DNA of 36,067 nucleotides from a virus (Duplodnaviria; Heunggongvirae; Uroviricota; Caudoviricetes): IMG/VR virus record IMGVR_UViG_2609460210_000005; one strand, 5' to 3'. Shown piece by piece: positions 27,647 to 36,067 of this stretch (position 1 is its first letter; each line of letters starts with the position of its first letter). The notes under the pieces were generated by a model. It saw only the letters and a program-made list of their open reading frames with translations, ran no database searches and was not told where the DNA came from. The position numbers and the translations under genes were made by a program.

Positions 27647-28048
27647 TCACTCTCCTCTGAACCGCCCCGGGAATCCTGGGCTTTTTTTGCGGTTGATGTT
27701 GGCTATGTCCGGCTGTGCGTTTGTGTCGAAATACTCGCTCAGTGGCAGGGTGACAACCACATCCACCTCCTGTGGCGTGATGCCTGATTTGACCAGCGCG
27801 TGATGAATGGCAATGACATTCACATCGCTGTACTGGTATTGCGTGTCGGTCGTCTGGACAAAGCGATCGCTGACCGGATCAAAACCATAGCGCACGCCAT
27901 CAAGCATGTAGTTCGCGGGCTGCGTGCCACCGAACGGCGCAGACCATTCCGACTTGAAGCTGTTTGGGCTGATGGCGTTGCGGCGTTCGCCGTTCTCAGT
28001 CCATGCCAGCTTGATGTTGGTGGAGCCGTCATCGATACAAATTTTCAT
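27647..28048 (-). CDS. ParM/StbA-like actin-fold N-terminal fragment (133 aa); stops where ParM continues, no C-terminal ATPase half in any frame
   Basis: MKICIDDGSTNIKLAW...ISPNSFKSEW...YSDVNVIAIHHAL...TLPLSEYFDTNAQP...NINRKK aligns to the R1 ParM N-terminus as recalled. Confidence 0.55.
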   Translation of the reverse strand: MKICIDDGSTNIKLAWTENGERRNAISPNSFKSEWSAPFGGTQPANYMLDGVRYGFDPVSDRFVQTTDTQYQYSDVNVIAIHHALVKSGITPQEVDVVVTLPLSEYFDTNAQPDIANINRKKSPGFPGRFRGE

Positions 28049-28113
28049 GTCGCTTTTCCTTATGTTGATTAATTAATCGTTTACGGGATTCTGAAATCCC
28101 GTTTTTGCCTGTT

Positions 28114-30949
28114 TTATGCGCGCTTCATATATCGCGGCGCGNTTTTTTGCTCATTTACAGGATTTGTGAATCCCGTTTCTGTCTGTTTTTTGTTTCCACT
28201 GGTCAGGCCACCCCGCAGCAGGTCTGCTTTGCGGCGGGCGCGTTCAGTGGTTTCACTGATTCTCTGTGCGTGCTCTGCGTCGCGGATGGCGCGCAGCATG
28301 TCAGAAAGCACGGTAACGGGTGTTTTCATGGTGTTCTGGACCTGCTGAAGTGTGGATGCCAGGCGTGCGGCGGCTTCGGGGTCTGATGCCCCGAGCTGTG
28401 CCAGATAGCTGGAGACCGGGTTATGGCGGATCTCCATGCTGCTTACGCCGTGATTACGGCTCAGGCGCTGCCAGAGCTGCGTGATTCGGCTGTCCGGGCG
28501 GGTATCCGGTTTGCGTACAATTTCAAATCCCTGCGGTGCAATGATGCTGCCGTCAACGTACAGACTGCCGCCCCGTAACAGGTGCTGCATCTGTTGTTCA
28601 CCGATATGCAAGCCGAGAGATTCAGCAGACTCCCGCCATTCTTTAGCGAGTAATTCGTGGTTATCAGGCAAAGGCCGCTGCTGTTTGCGGCTCTGTGTCC
28701 AGCTCTGCATTTCATCGCTGCTGTTTTTTGCCTGTTTGTCACGAAGCGAACGCATCAGCGCCCGGCGTTCGTGCCGTTTCAGTGAGCGCATCCATTCGTT
28801 CACTTCAACGCCGTCAGGGAGCTGCGGCCACGGTGCTGGCCGTTCTTCCGGCTGTTCTGTCCCGTTGTTGTCCGTTTCCTGTACACGGGGACAGTTATTG
28901 CCACGAGTCCAAGGGGCGGCAGGGCCGCCTTGAAGGTCAAAACCATTTTCGTGGGCGTTGTCTTCTGGTTCTGGTTTACGTCTTACCAATTTCCAGTTAT
29001 CCGGATGCGTGCACACACGGGAGGATTCCCCGATGAGTGGTGACCAGATCCCGTAAATCTGTACGCTCTGTTCGCCGTAATCGTTCAGCTCATCTGCGAG
29101 GTCGTAGGCGGTGCGAATCAGGTAGTCCTTGCGTGGAACAAGCACGCCACCCTGTTTTTCAATGTAGGTGGCAAAACACCCGGCATCGGCGGCAGCGAGT
29201 ACCGCATCCATTGCATCATCTTTCAGCCGTTGCGGGCCTTCCGGATTGCGTGCCATCTGGCTGGCAAGGCGGCGCAGTTCACGCCACACCTGACGGGAGG
29301 GGATGCCAAAGAACTGGAACTGACGGACCCGGTGAAGGCGCGCCCAGCCGATGGCGCGCTCCACGCTCTCGGCCATTGATTTTCCGGTTTCGTGGTCAAC
29401 GCGTGGCTTGCCCGTTTTCGGGTCGATGCCATCCACGGCGCGGCTGTCCAGGTTCTTTCCGATGTAGGTGGCGATGTAGCTGGTTGGTGTGCCTTTTGAG
29501 CCGTCGACATACTCCGCCTTAAAACGCGGAGTTATGTCATCGCCCAGCTCGTGGCGGTCCTCCTGAATGGCAATATCGCAGACGTGGGACACGATGGTTT
29601 CAATCTCGTCCGGATGTGCAAAGACCATCATATGCCAGTGCACAGTGCCGTCATGGTGANGCTCCACCGTGCGGATGCCATACCAGCGCAGGCCGTCGCG
29701 GTTCAGTTTTTTGCGGACCGCCGCNAAAAAACGTGTTAACCAGGTAATCGCTGGAGTCGCGCATGGTGGCCCCGTTCCATTTGGGGTTCGGATGACCGTT
29801 CTCCGTTGTTGCGTGGTATTTTGACGGGCAGGTGACGGTCAGAAACACCGCTCTGTCGCCACGGGCTTCGGCCAGAAGTTCCAGTCCCTTCATGGTGGCC
29901 ATCATTTCTGCCTTACGGTGAACCGGGTTACTTACTCCCGCGTAATACACCGTCTCGAGATCAATCGTGAACCCGTCTTCATTTTCCAGCATGAAACTTT
30001 TCAGGAAATCGCGTGTTTTCTCGCGCTGTGCGCGAAACTCGCTTAACGCGTCCTGGCTCAGATAGGGCGATGTTTTTCTGGAAACCAGACAGGCGGCGCG
30101 GAGTTGTTCTTCCCGCCACTCGCAACGTAACAGCCACAGTTTGCGTTTCCACCATTCTGCACAGGTCAGGCGAAGGATTGCGCCCGGCAGCAGCTCCGTG
30201 TCTGGTTCGTTCCTCCGGTCTTTGTCTGTTGTCAGTGCGTCATAATGTGGAGGCATGGCGTGCAGGTGTAACGCCATGCGGGCCAGCATCTGATACGCCT
30301 TCAGCGTTACATCCATGGTCAGCTCGCCATCGGTCGCGCCAAAGCCATCGCAGAGTTTTTCGAAGGTGCTGCTGAACATCGCCGCCGTCATGGTGGCCAG
30401 CGTCTGTATCTGGTGTTTGTTGAGCTGCGGCAGGTAAAGCAAATCGTCCAGGCGTTCGCGTCCGGCAAGGGAGCGATAACCCGGTGTCAGCCAGCGGTGA
30501 TCGGTGCGGTCCAGACGTTCGAATATTTTGCGCAGGTTTCCGCGCGCGTAGCGTTCAGCCTGCCAGCTCTTTTTGCCTTTCTGACGATCGGCTTCCTGTT
30601 TTTTGCGCAGGAAGGAGAGGTGGCGAATAAGCGGATCGCGCAGATAGGACGGCAGCAGGCGCAGCGAGGCCATGGCTTCATCCACCGCGCCGCGTGCCTG
30701 TTTTCTGGCATCTCCTGCCAGTGTGATGGTTTTGTCCTGTTTTTCCTGTGCGTCCAGGCTTTTATTAATCAGGTTGCCCAGCAGCGTTGCGGAGAACGCC
30801 GCATCAGCCATTTCCTGGCGGTGCTCGTTCTCTACCCGGTAGGCATCCAGCCAGGAGGAAAGCGCGGATTCAGGAGCGGGGATCCCCGTTCCTTCACGCC
30901 CCACTGCGTGGCGCGGTTGTTGCCAGTCCCTGATGTACTCTGCCGTCAT
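28114..30949 (-). CDS. A: Replication initiation endonuclease A (rolling-circle HUH type); frame broken by N bases at 29660 and 29725, 3' end uncertain (N at 28142)
   Basis: WHMMVF HUH-type motif, Y-containing catalytic region, gpA-like N-terminal half. Confidence 0.75.
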
Positions 30950-30955
30950 AGTGAT

Positions 30956-31321
30956 TTACTTCGTCATGCCATTCAGGGTGTCGCGGCAGACTGTAGCCAG
31001 CCGCTGAATTTCCAGCACGGTGTCTTCTGTGTCGGCATGGCGATGTGTGATGCGGATGCTGTCGGCAATCACATCGACGATTGCAGTGGATGGGCGCTGG
31101 TAAATGCCAATAACGGACGGGGTGCCACCTTCAATGCGGTAAAGCCTGTAATTTCCCTCGTGGCTGTCAATCATGTAGCGACCATCAATAACAATCTTTC
31201 CGTCAGCGAGCTGCGGTACAGGCAGGGATTTCAGGTACATGTCATAACGATCACGCACGCGAGCGGCAAGATCACGTTCTGTGTTGAGCAGGTATTCAAG
31301 AAAGTCGTTGGCGAGAATCAT
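30956..31321 (-). CDS. Hypothetical early-operon protein, 121 aa
   Basis: ORF immediately upstream of A on the same strand. Confidence 0.45.
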   Translation of the reverse strand: MILANDFLEYLLNTERDLAARVRDRYDMYLKSLPVPQLADGKIVIDGRYMIDSHEGNYRLYRIEGGTPSVIGIYQRPSTAIVDVIADSIRITHRHADTEDTVLEIQRLATVCRDTLNGMTK

Positions 31322-31393
31322 TGCGGCAATCCTCTTGTTACAGATGTGCGAAGGCCTCCCGCCGCAAGGTGCAGGAAAGGCCCGGAACAGGAG

Positions 31394-31624
31394 TTAATGG
31401 AGTTTGTTTTGCTGCTGGATGAGCTGTTGAAGCTCGTGCAGATCATCCGCCAGATAGCTGAAAACAGAGGCGGAATAAATGTTTGATAGTGCGTGGCTGC
31501 GCTCATGCAGCATATTGATGTGCATGATTTGCGCGACGCGTGATGCGCGGGAAAGTCTGCGGTTGATTTCAGTCTGGATGTGACGACGCTCCGCGATAGC
31601 GCGGTGTGGTTTGCGGTTTGCCAT
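31394..31624 (-). CDS. Hypothetical early-operon protein, 76 aa
   Basis: ORF in operon context. Confidence 0.4.
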   Translation of the reverse strand: MANRKPHRAIAERRHIQTEINRRLSRASRVAQIMHINMLHERSHALSNIYSASVFSYLADDLHELQQLIQQQNKLH

Positions 31625-31948
31625 GGTGTGGCCCCTTGTGTAGTAAGTTGTGAAAACTCACCATCCAGAGCTGCGAAACTGTGGGTGGCGAGACGTACGA
31701 GGTTCGCAGTACCGGCTACACAAGAACCCGGCCCGACCGAAGTCGGCCCCGTACGCCCNCGCCATAATTCTGACGCGNAAAAAAACGTGGCAATACAGTA
31801 CGCACAAAAAAACCGCTGGCGCGGTTGTGCGCTTGTGTAGTCAGCAGGCTGCGAAACCCGGCACCCGTTTTGTGAGGTGCAGCGGAAATGTAACCTGACT
31901 GATTGCGGCATGGCAAGCGGTTTTTTTGTGTGTGCATGTTCTGGTTTC

Positions 31949-32248
31949 TTAGTGGTTCAGAAAAAAATCAAAAACCTTGTCAATGCGTTGCAGCAGCTCT
32001 TGCTGTATTGCTTCCGGCGTTTCCGGTTCGCCTGGCGCCTCCAACGTCGCGCAGAAATCCTCGATTTCATGACGGAGCGTCAGGCGAATGGCGAGAGGTG
32101 TGGTTCTGGCGTGCTCCAGCTCATCCAGCAGCGCCAGCACAGCAGACGGCGAGAGCATTGCGCGAAACGCCAGTAATTTTTGAGGCGTTGCCATTCGTTG
32201 CAGGTCAGTCGCCAGTTCGCGTAATTCCTGGTGGTTGATGGCGCTCAT
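31949..32248 (-). CDS. Hypothetical early-operon protein, 99 aa
   Basis: ORF; start overlaps the stop of the upstream gene. Confidence 0.45.
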   Translation of the reverse strand: MSAINHQELRELATDLQRMATPQKLLAFRAMLSPSAVLALLDELEHARTTPLAIRLTLRHEIEDFCATLEAPGEPETPEAIQQELLQRIDKVFDFFLNH

Positions 32249-32490
32249 GCTCTGGCTTCCTTCAGTAGCTGGTTAAACATGTTGGTAAGTGGATTGCCGC
32301 ACCCGAACGGCATCGGGTTTATCTGGTAAGAAAAGCGACCGCCTGTTTTGCGCTCTTTTCTTATGACTGAACCGCTGCGCCAGAGTCGGCGTAACTCCAC
32401 ATTAATGGCTGTGGTTGGGGTATTCAGTGCTGCGGCGATTTCTCCACCGCTACACCCCGGATTGGCGGCGATATAGTCCAGAATGGTCAT
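32245..32490 (-). CDS. Small winged-helix-like DNA-binding protein, 81 aa
   Basis: Pattern resembling a helix-turn-helix/winged-helix (GCSGGEIAAALNTPTTAINVELRRLWRSGSV). Confidence 0.4.
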   Translation of the reverse strand: MTILDYIAANPGCSGGEIAAALNTPTTAINVELRRLWRSGSVIRKERKTGGRFSYQINPMPFGCGNPLTNMFNQLLKEARA

Positions 32491-32690
32491 CTGCGTGACT
32501 CCTGTACCTGTCGGATAAGGTTCACCCGCACCACATTCGTGGCGCAGAAGTAAGTGCCGTCAGTGAGATAGATGTGATGTGCATCCTTTTCTGAACGGTG
32601 TTTGTCGATTGTGGTAATCAGGCGTTCGTCGACTTCGTATTCACGCCCTCTGGAGGTAAAACGAACGACAGGAAAATGCTTAATTGCCAT
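32487..32690 (-). CDS. Hypothetical early-operon protein, 67 aa
   Basis: ORF with overlapping stop/start coupling. Confidence 0.4.
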   Translation of the reverse strand: MAIKHFPVVRFTSRGREYEVDERLITTIDKHRSEKDAHHIYLTDGTYFCATNVVRVNLIRQVQESRR

Positions 32691-32885
32691 TACGCCTCCT
32701 TGGCGTGTGCGAATACCTCCGCGAATGCGGATTGTTTTACATTTCCTTATTTAATCTGTGGTTTTATTTGCTCTGTTATTCGCCAGTGAAAAAGCGTTCA
32801 ATCTTTTTTATTGAATGAATAATTCGCATAATCCCAATAGCGCAGGCCACCGAAATAATCAGAACAAGCCATGAGATAAATATAC

Positions 32886-33131
32886 TCATGCGATATTCCC
32901 CAGCTTATACGGTTCAATATGTTCCCCGCACTCTGCGGCACAGATCAGCTCGGAAAGTTCGTTAAGTGCATCCAGATCATCAGCGTAAAAAGCCACGTCA
33001 TACAGACTTCGGATTGCTCTGGTCAATGAGTCACGGGCCGCACGTTCAGCATGAGCGCCTGATGCACTTAAGCGAAAATAAAAACGCTCAAGTGCTTTGT
33101 TAATGAGAGTTTTATATTCTTTGCCCATCAC
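32886..33131 (-). CDS. Hypothetical early-operon protein, 81 aa
   Basis: ORF in operon context. Confidence 0.4.
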   Translation of the reverse strand: MMGKEYKTLINKALERFYFRLSASGAHAERAARDSLTRAIRSLYDVAFYADDLDALNELSELICAAECGEHIEPYKLGNIA

Positions 33132-33139
33132 AACGCCCT

Positions 33140-33427
33140 TTAATCTGCTTTCTGTATTTCAGCTTCTGAATCCATACAAATAATTTCGATATAGGGTTCA
33201 TCGCCATTAACCTGGCGTGCCTTTTCAGCTTCGCTAATGATTTCTCGTACGGTCTGGTACGGAAGTTCCAAAAGCAGTCGCGTACCGTTCAGATAAACGT
33301 AAGTGGCTTCGTCGGCTCCGTTTTTACCCGCCGGAGTTACTCCGTCAATAGCGGATGCACGTAATAACAGTTCACCGCGAAAATCAATAAAACGGATAAA
33401 TACACCTTGTGCATGGTCTTTGGTCAT
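33140..33427 (-). CDS. Hypothetical early-operon protein; start placed at MTKDHAQG (95 aa)
   Basis: ORF in operon context; the ORF track extends to 33541. Confidence 0.4.
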   Translation of the reverse strand: MTKDHAQGVFIRFIDFRGELLLRASAIDGVTPAGKNGADEATYVYLNGTRLLLELPYQTVREIISEAEKARQVNGDEPYIEIICMDSEAEIQKAD

Positions 33428-33437
33428 AAAGCACCTG

Positions 33438-33779
33438 TTATAAATCAGCCTGTTTAATAAAACTTTGCCCGCGAAGCAGACGATCAACCGTGCGAAGTGC
33501 TTCGTATAATGTGAAATCCTGCCCGAACTGATTGTCGCCACTGCTTAGAGCAAAAATGCGGTTTCCGGTAAACGGATTGCGTGGGCATTTGTGGATCACG
33601 ATTCCAGCTTTCTCAATCAGCCAGGCATGCTCGCCGATTTGTTTTACTGGGTAGCCATCCGGCGTTGCGTGTGTATCACTCAGGCTGTAGCGGATGTTGC
33701 TGCGTGATGCACTGGTAGCAAAACGGTTAGCGTGGCGTTCTGCACCATTGCGAAAGCGTGAATTACGTTGCTGTTTCAT
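33438..33779 (-). CDS. Hypothetical early-operon protein, 113 aa
   Basis: ORF in operon context. Confidence 0.4.
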   Translation of the reverse strand: MKQQRNSRFRNGAERHANRFATSASRSNIRYSLSDTHATPDGYPVKQIGEHAWLIEKAGIVIHKCPRNPFTGNRIFALSSGDNQFGQDFTLYEALRTVDRLLRGQSFIKQADL

Positions 33780-34031
33780 GTTAAAGACTCTGTACAGATT
33801 TAATTATTCCGGCATAGAGGCCGAACTCAAAATATTTGCGATTAAATCGCATCGCATTGTTTTCACGTTTTGCGGACTGCTGGTTCATTTTCGTTTGCCT
33901 CCGCACATGAGAATTGCGCCGCTTAAGAGGTAACCGAAGTTAATTGATAGTATTACAATTAACATAAGGTCCAATTTGTCCATGCCACACATAATTACCC
34001 TCATTGCAGTAGTTGTGGGTTGTCAGGTTTC

Positions 34032-34238
34032 TCACCCGATAAACCAGATAACAAACGCTATAAACATCGCCCCAATAGCTGCCGGGAAAAGTCCTTTGGT
34101 ATAAGCGGCGATATATTCAATGCTGAGTTCAATAAAGCGTTCTTCATGTCCCGTTAACTTGCGAAACAAATAGATCTCTATTACGCCTATCTCAATAAAA
34201 ACAAGGGTCAGAATGGCGCTGATGATATGGCTGGTCAT
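34032..34238 (-). CDS. Small two-helix membrane protein (68 aa) immediately downstream of cox
   Basis: Hydrophobic helices ISAILTLVFIEIGVIEIYLF and AAIGAMFIAFVIWFIG. Confidence 0.45.
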   Translation of the reverse strand: MTSHIISAILTLVFIEIGVIEIYLFRKLTGHEERFIELSIEYIAAYTKGLFPAAIGAMFIAFVIWFIG

Positions 34239-34244
34239 TTATGA

Positions 34245-34532
34245 CTAAAGTCCCAGCCACAACAACCATGCGTCGCGGCGTTCTTTCGGTTGCTCAAAAA
34301 ACGCTTTGCGCATGCCTTCGTTAAATGCTGGCAGATATACCCAGTTTTCTGATGCACGCGTCTTTACTGAACCTGGTTTCACAAAGTCAATTGTCGGTAG
34401 CTTTGCTGCGTCAATCATGGTTCTGACTGTGGATTCCTTGCGGCCGATCATCTTGGCGAATAGTTGATATGGCACCGCTTCAAGTGGATATGGTGCTACC
34501 TGAATGAACCCCCCAAGCTCTGATTCGCTCAT
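34245..34532 (-). CDS. cox: Cox excisionase / developmental-switch repressor
   Basis: VPYQLFAKMIGRKESTVRTMIDAAKLPTIDF...NWVYLPAFNEG...RDAWLLWLGL closely parallels P2 Cox. Confidence 0.8.
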   Translation of the reverse strand: MSESELGGFIQVAPYPLEAVPYQLFAKMIGRKESTVRTMIDAAKLPTIDFVKPGSVKTRASENWVYLPAFNEGMRKAFFEQPKERRDAWLLWLGL

Positions 34533-34605
34533 TGTGGTAATCTCCCTAATTCGTTCGAATGGCTCAAAATGGCTTATATCGGCTTATTTGAGTGTTTTTA
34601 TGTTT

Positions 34606-34652
34606 GTGCCCGATGTGGCATGTTGCGATGGAGGATATGCCCGATATGGCAT
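34606..34652. promoter_or_regulatory. Two copies of the dyad ATGCC-N6-GGCAT (GTGCCCGATGTGGCAT and ATGCCCGATATGGCAT) 31 bp apart in the cox/C switch region; candidate repressor operators
   Basis: Read directly; the second copy overlaps the proposed C start codon. Confidence 0.45.
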
Positions 34653-34966
34653 CTTTGTCAAGCATGGGTGAAAAATTTCGCCTGATTCGTGAAGCAGAAG
34701 GTATGACCCGCCAGGAGTTTGCGGATTGTGTTGGGCTGCCTTATGGGACGGTAACTAACTATGAGGTGAGGGGGAAGCAAGTAACAGAGGGTGCCTTACT
34801 TAAGGTTACGAAACACCCTAAATTTAAGAAGTATGCTTATTGGTTATCAACAGATGAAACGATGCCGGAGGTCGGGCAAATTTCTCCGGCTCTCTCTCTT
34901 GATGGTTCCTGCAATTCGGAGGGAGATCGCGTTTCAACCGAAACAATCCAAAAATTATCCCGCTGA
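34637..34966 (+). CDS. C: Immunity repressor C (P2 C-type HTH repressor); start codon uncertain among 34628, 34637 and 34646
   Basis: TRQEFADCVGLPYGTVTNYE...HPKFKKYAYWLSTDETMPEVGQISPAL parallels P2 C. Confidence 0.7.
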   Translation: MPDMASLSSMGEKFRLIREAEGMTRQEFADCVGLPYGTVTNYEVRGKQVTEGALLKVTKHPKFKKYAYWLSTDETMPEVGQISPALSLDGSCNSEGDRVSTETIQKLSR

Positions 34967-35062
34967 GGCCAGAAAACTGGTTAGACCTGCTTTTTGTCTG
35001 GTCTGATTATTGCTGGAAAGAGGCTGGAGAAATTGTAGAGCGGTTCATTGGAGGGCTTCGTA

Positions 35063-36067
35063 ATGTCGATTAAGAAGCTCGAAGATGGTCGTTATTTGCT
35101 GGACATCAGGCCGAACGGACGCAAGGGAAAGCGCGTGCGTAAGGTATTTGACAAAAAATCGGTAGCGGTGGCCACTGAACGCTACATCATGGCGAACGCT
35201 GAAAAGCGGGAATATATACAGGGCTACCGTGATCGTCGAACGCTAAATGATTTGCTTGAGTTGTGGTGGATGTATCACGGCCAGCACAGGCGTAAGGCGG
35301 AAGAAGACCGAAAACAACTGCGCAACATAATCAATGAGCTTGGCGCTGATATGCAGGCTGTGGATCTTGATAAGCTGAAAATTATCGCGTGGCGTTCTCA
35401 AAAGATAGCTGAAGGATTGAAACCGTCATCTGCTAACAGGTACATGAATCGGTTATCCGGAATGTTTACCGTGCTGAAAAAAATAGGTCTTTGGGATGCA
35501 GAACATCCAGTAAGGGGAATTTCTATTCTTTATGTATCTCCACGAGAAATGGCGTTCCTGTCACAGAAGGAAGTGGCGCTATTGCTCGATACACTGGAGG
35601 GCGACTACTGGCGTGTTGCGCTTTTGTGTTTAAGCACAGGGGCGCGCTGGAGTGAAGCTTGTAAGCTTCGTGGTGAACAGATAGTTCATAACCGTGTAAC
35701 GTTTCTTGAAACCAAAAATGGCCGGAAGAGAACAGTGCCAATTTCGCAGGCAGTTTGTGAGGCGATCAAAACCAGAGAAACAGGCGGCTTGTTTGAGGTG
35801 AAGTACCGGGAATTCTGCCTGGCGCTGAAAAGAGTTAAGCCCGATTTACCAAAAGGCCAGGCTGCACATGTGCTGCGGCATACGTTCGCCAGCCATTTTG
35901 TGATGAACGGAGGAAACATTATTGCGCTTCAGAAGATTCTTGGTCACGCAACCATTCAGCAAACAATGGCATATGCGCATTTTGCACCGGATTACCTGCA
36001 GGATGCGGTGGCCCTTAATCCGCTGAAAGGTGGCGTAAGTGTCCACGCAGTGTCCACGGGGGATTAA
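35063..36067 (+). CDS. int: Tyrosine integrase (P2 Int-like); start placed at MSIKKLEDGRY with GGAGGG Shine-Dalgarno; stop codon is the last three bases of the window
   Basis: N-terminus like P2 Int; catalytic region LRHTFASHF...GHATIQQTMAYAHF. Confidence 0.85.
   Translation: MSIKKLEDGRYLLDIRPNGRKGKRVRKVFDKKSVAVATERYIMANAEKREYIQGYRDRRTLNDLLELWWMYHGQHRRKAEEDRKQLRNIINELGADMQAVDLDKLKIIAWRSQKIAEGLKPSSANRYMNRLSGMFTVLKKIGLWDAEHPVRGISILYVSPREMAFLSQKEVALLLDTLEGDYWRVALLCLSTGARWSEACKLRGEQIVHNRVTFLETKNGRKRTVPISQAVCEAIKTRETGGLFEVKYREFCLALKRVKPDLPKGQAAHVLRHTFASHFVMNGGNIIALQKILGHATIQQTMAYAHFAPDYLQDAVALNPLKGGVSVHAVSTGD

Larger units (their letters stand above)
4577..36067. mobile_element. P2-like temperate myovirus prophage, near-complete; integrase end reaches the window edge so the att site on that side is not visible
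   Basis: Full set of P2-type genes recognisable by protein similarity: ogr, D, FI, FII, E, T, U, H, I, J, W, V, S, R, lysis, X, L, M, N, O, P, Q, A, cox, C, int. Confidence 0.9.

Noticed and set aside
27647-28048. Full-length ParM actin-like ATPase
   Set aside because: Only the N-terminal ~125 residues are present; no downstream frame encodes the ATPase C-terminal half, so it is reported as a fragment-like protein.
31318-31911. 197-aa minus-strand ORF
   Set aside because: Contains X residues from N bases, overlaps the better-supported 76-aa ORF and spans a terminator; likely artefact.
1-36067. CRISPR arrays, rRNA or tRNA genes
   Set aside because: No regularly spaced short direct repeats with unique spacers and no rRNA- or tRNA-like structures were seen anywhere in the window.

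Overview
The window is dominated by a near-complete P2-like temperate myovirus prophage (about 4.58 kb to the window end), running from ogr/D through tail, baseplate, tail-fibre, lysis and head genes to the replication gene A, the cox/C immunity switch and a tyrosine integrase whose stop codon is the last base of the window; the far attachment site lies outside it. All calls rest on reading the six-frame translations against remembered protein families; no searches were run. The left 4.5 kb holds a host-type gene (flk) and a visibly AT-rich islet: a zinc-ribbon membrane protein plus secreted Cys-motif protein operon, a cargo-carrying MITE-like element built around a lone RES-domain toxin gene, and a hok-like type I toxin ORF that is absent from the ORF track. 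The most interesting candidates for an undescribed system are the RES element (2675-4183), a two-gene cassette with a ParM-like N-terminal fragment in the P2 old/tin hotspot position (27382-28048), and a terminator-rich moron after gene U (11701-12512). The sheath-to-U tail module (FI, FII, E, T, U) is inverted relative to canonical P2 order. The sequence carries scattered N bases, mostly at homopolymers, so single-base frame disruptions (sheath gene FI, secreted protein, E/E', T, A) may be consensus errors rather than biology.
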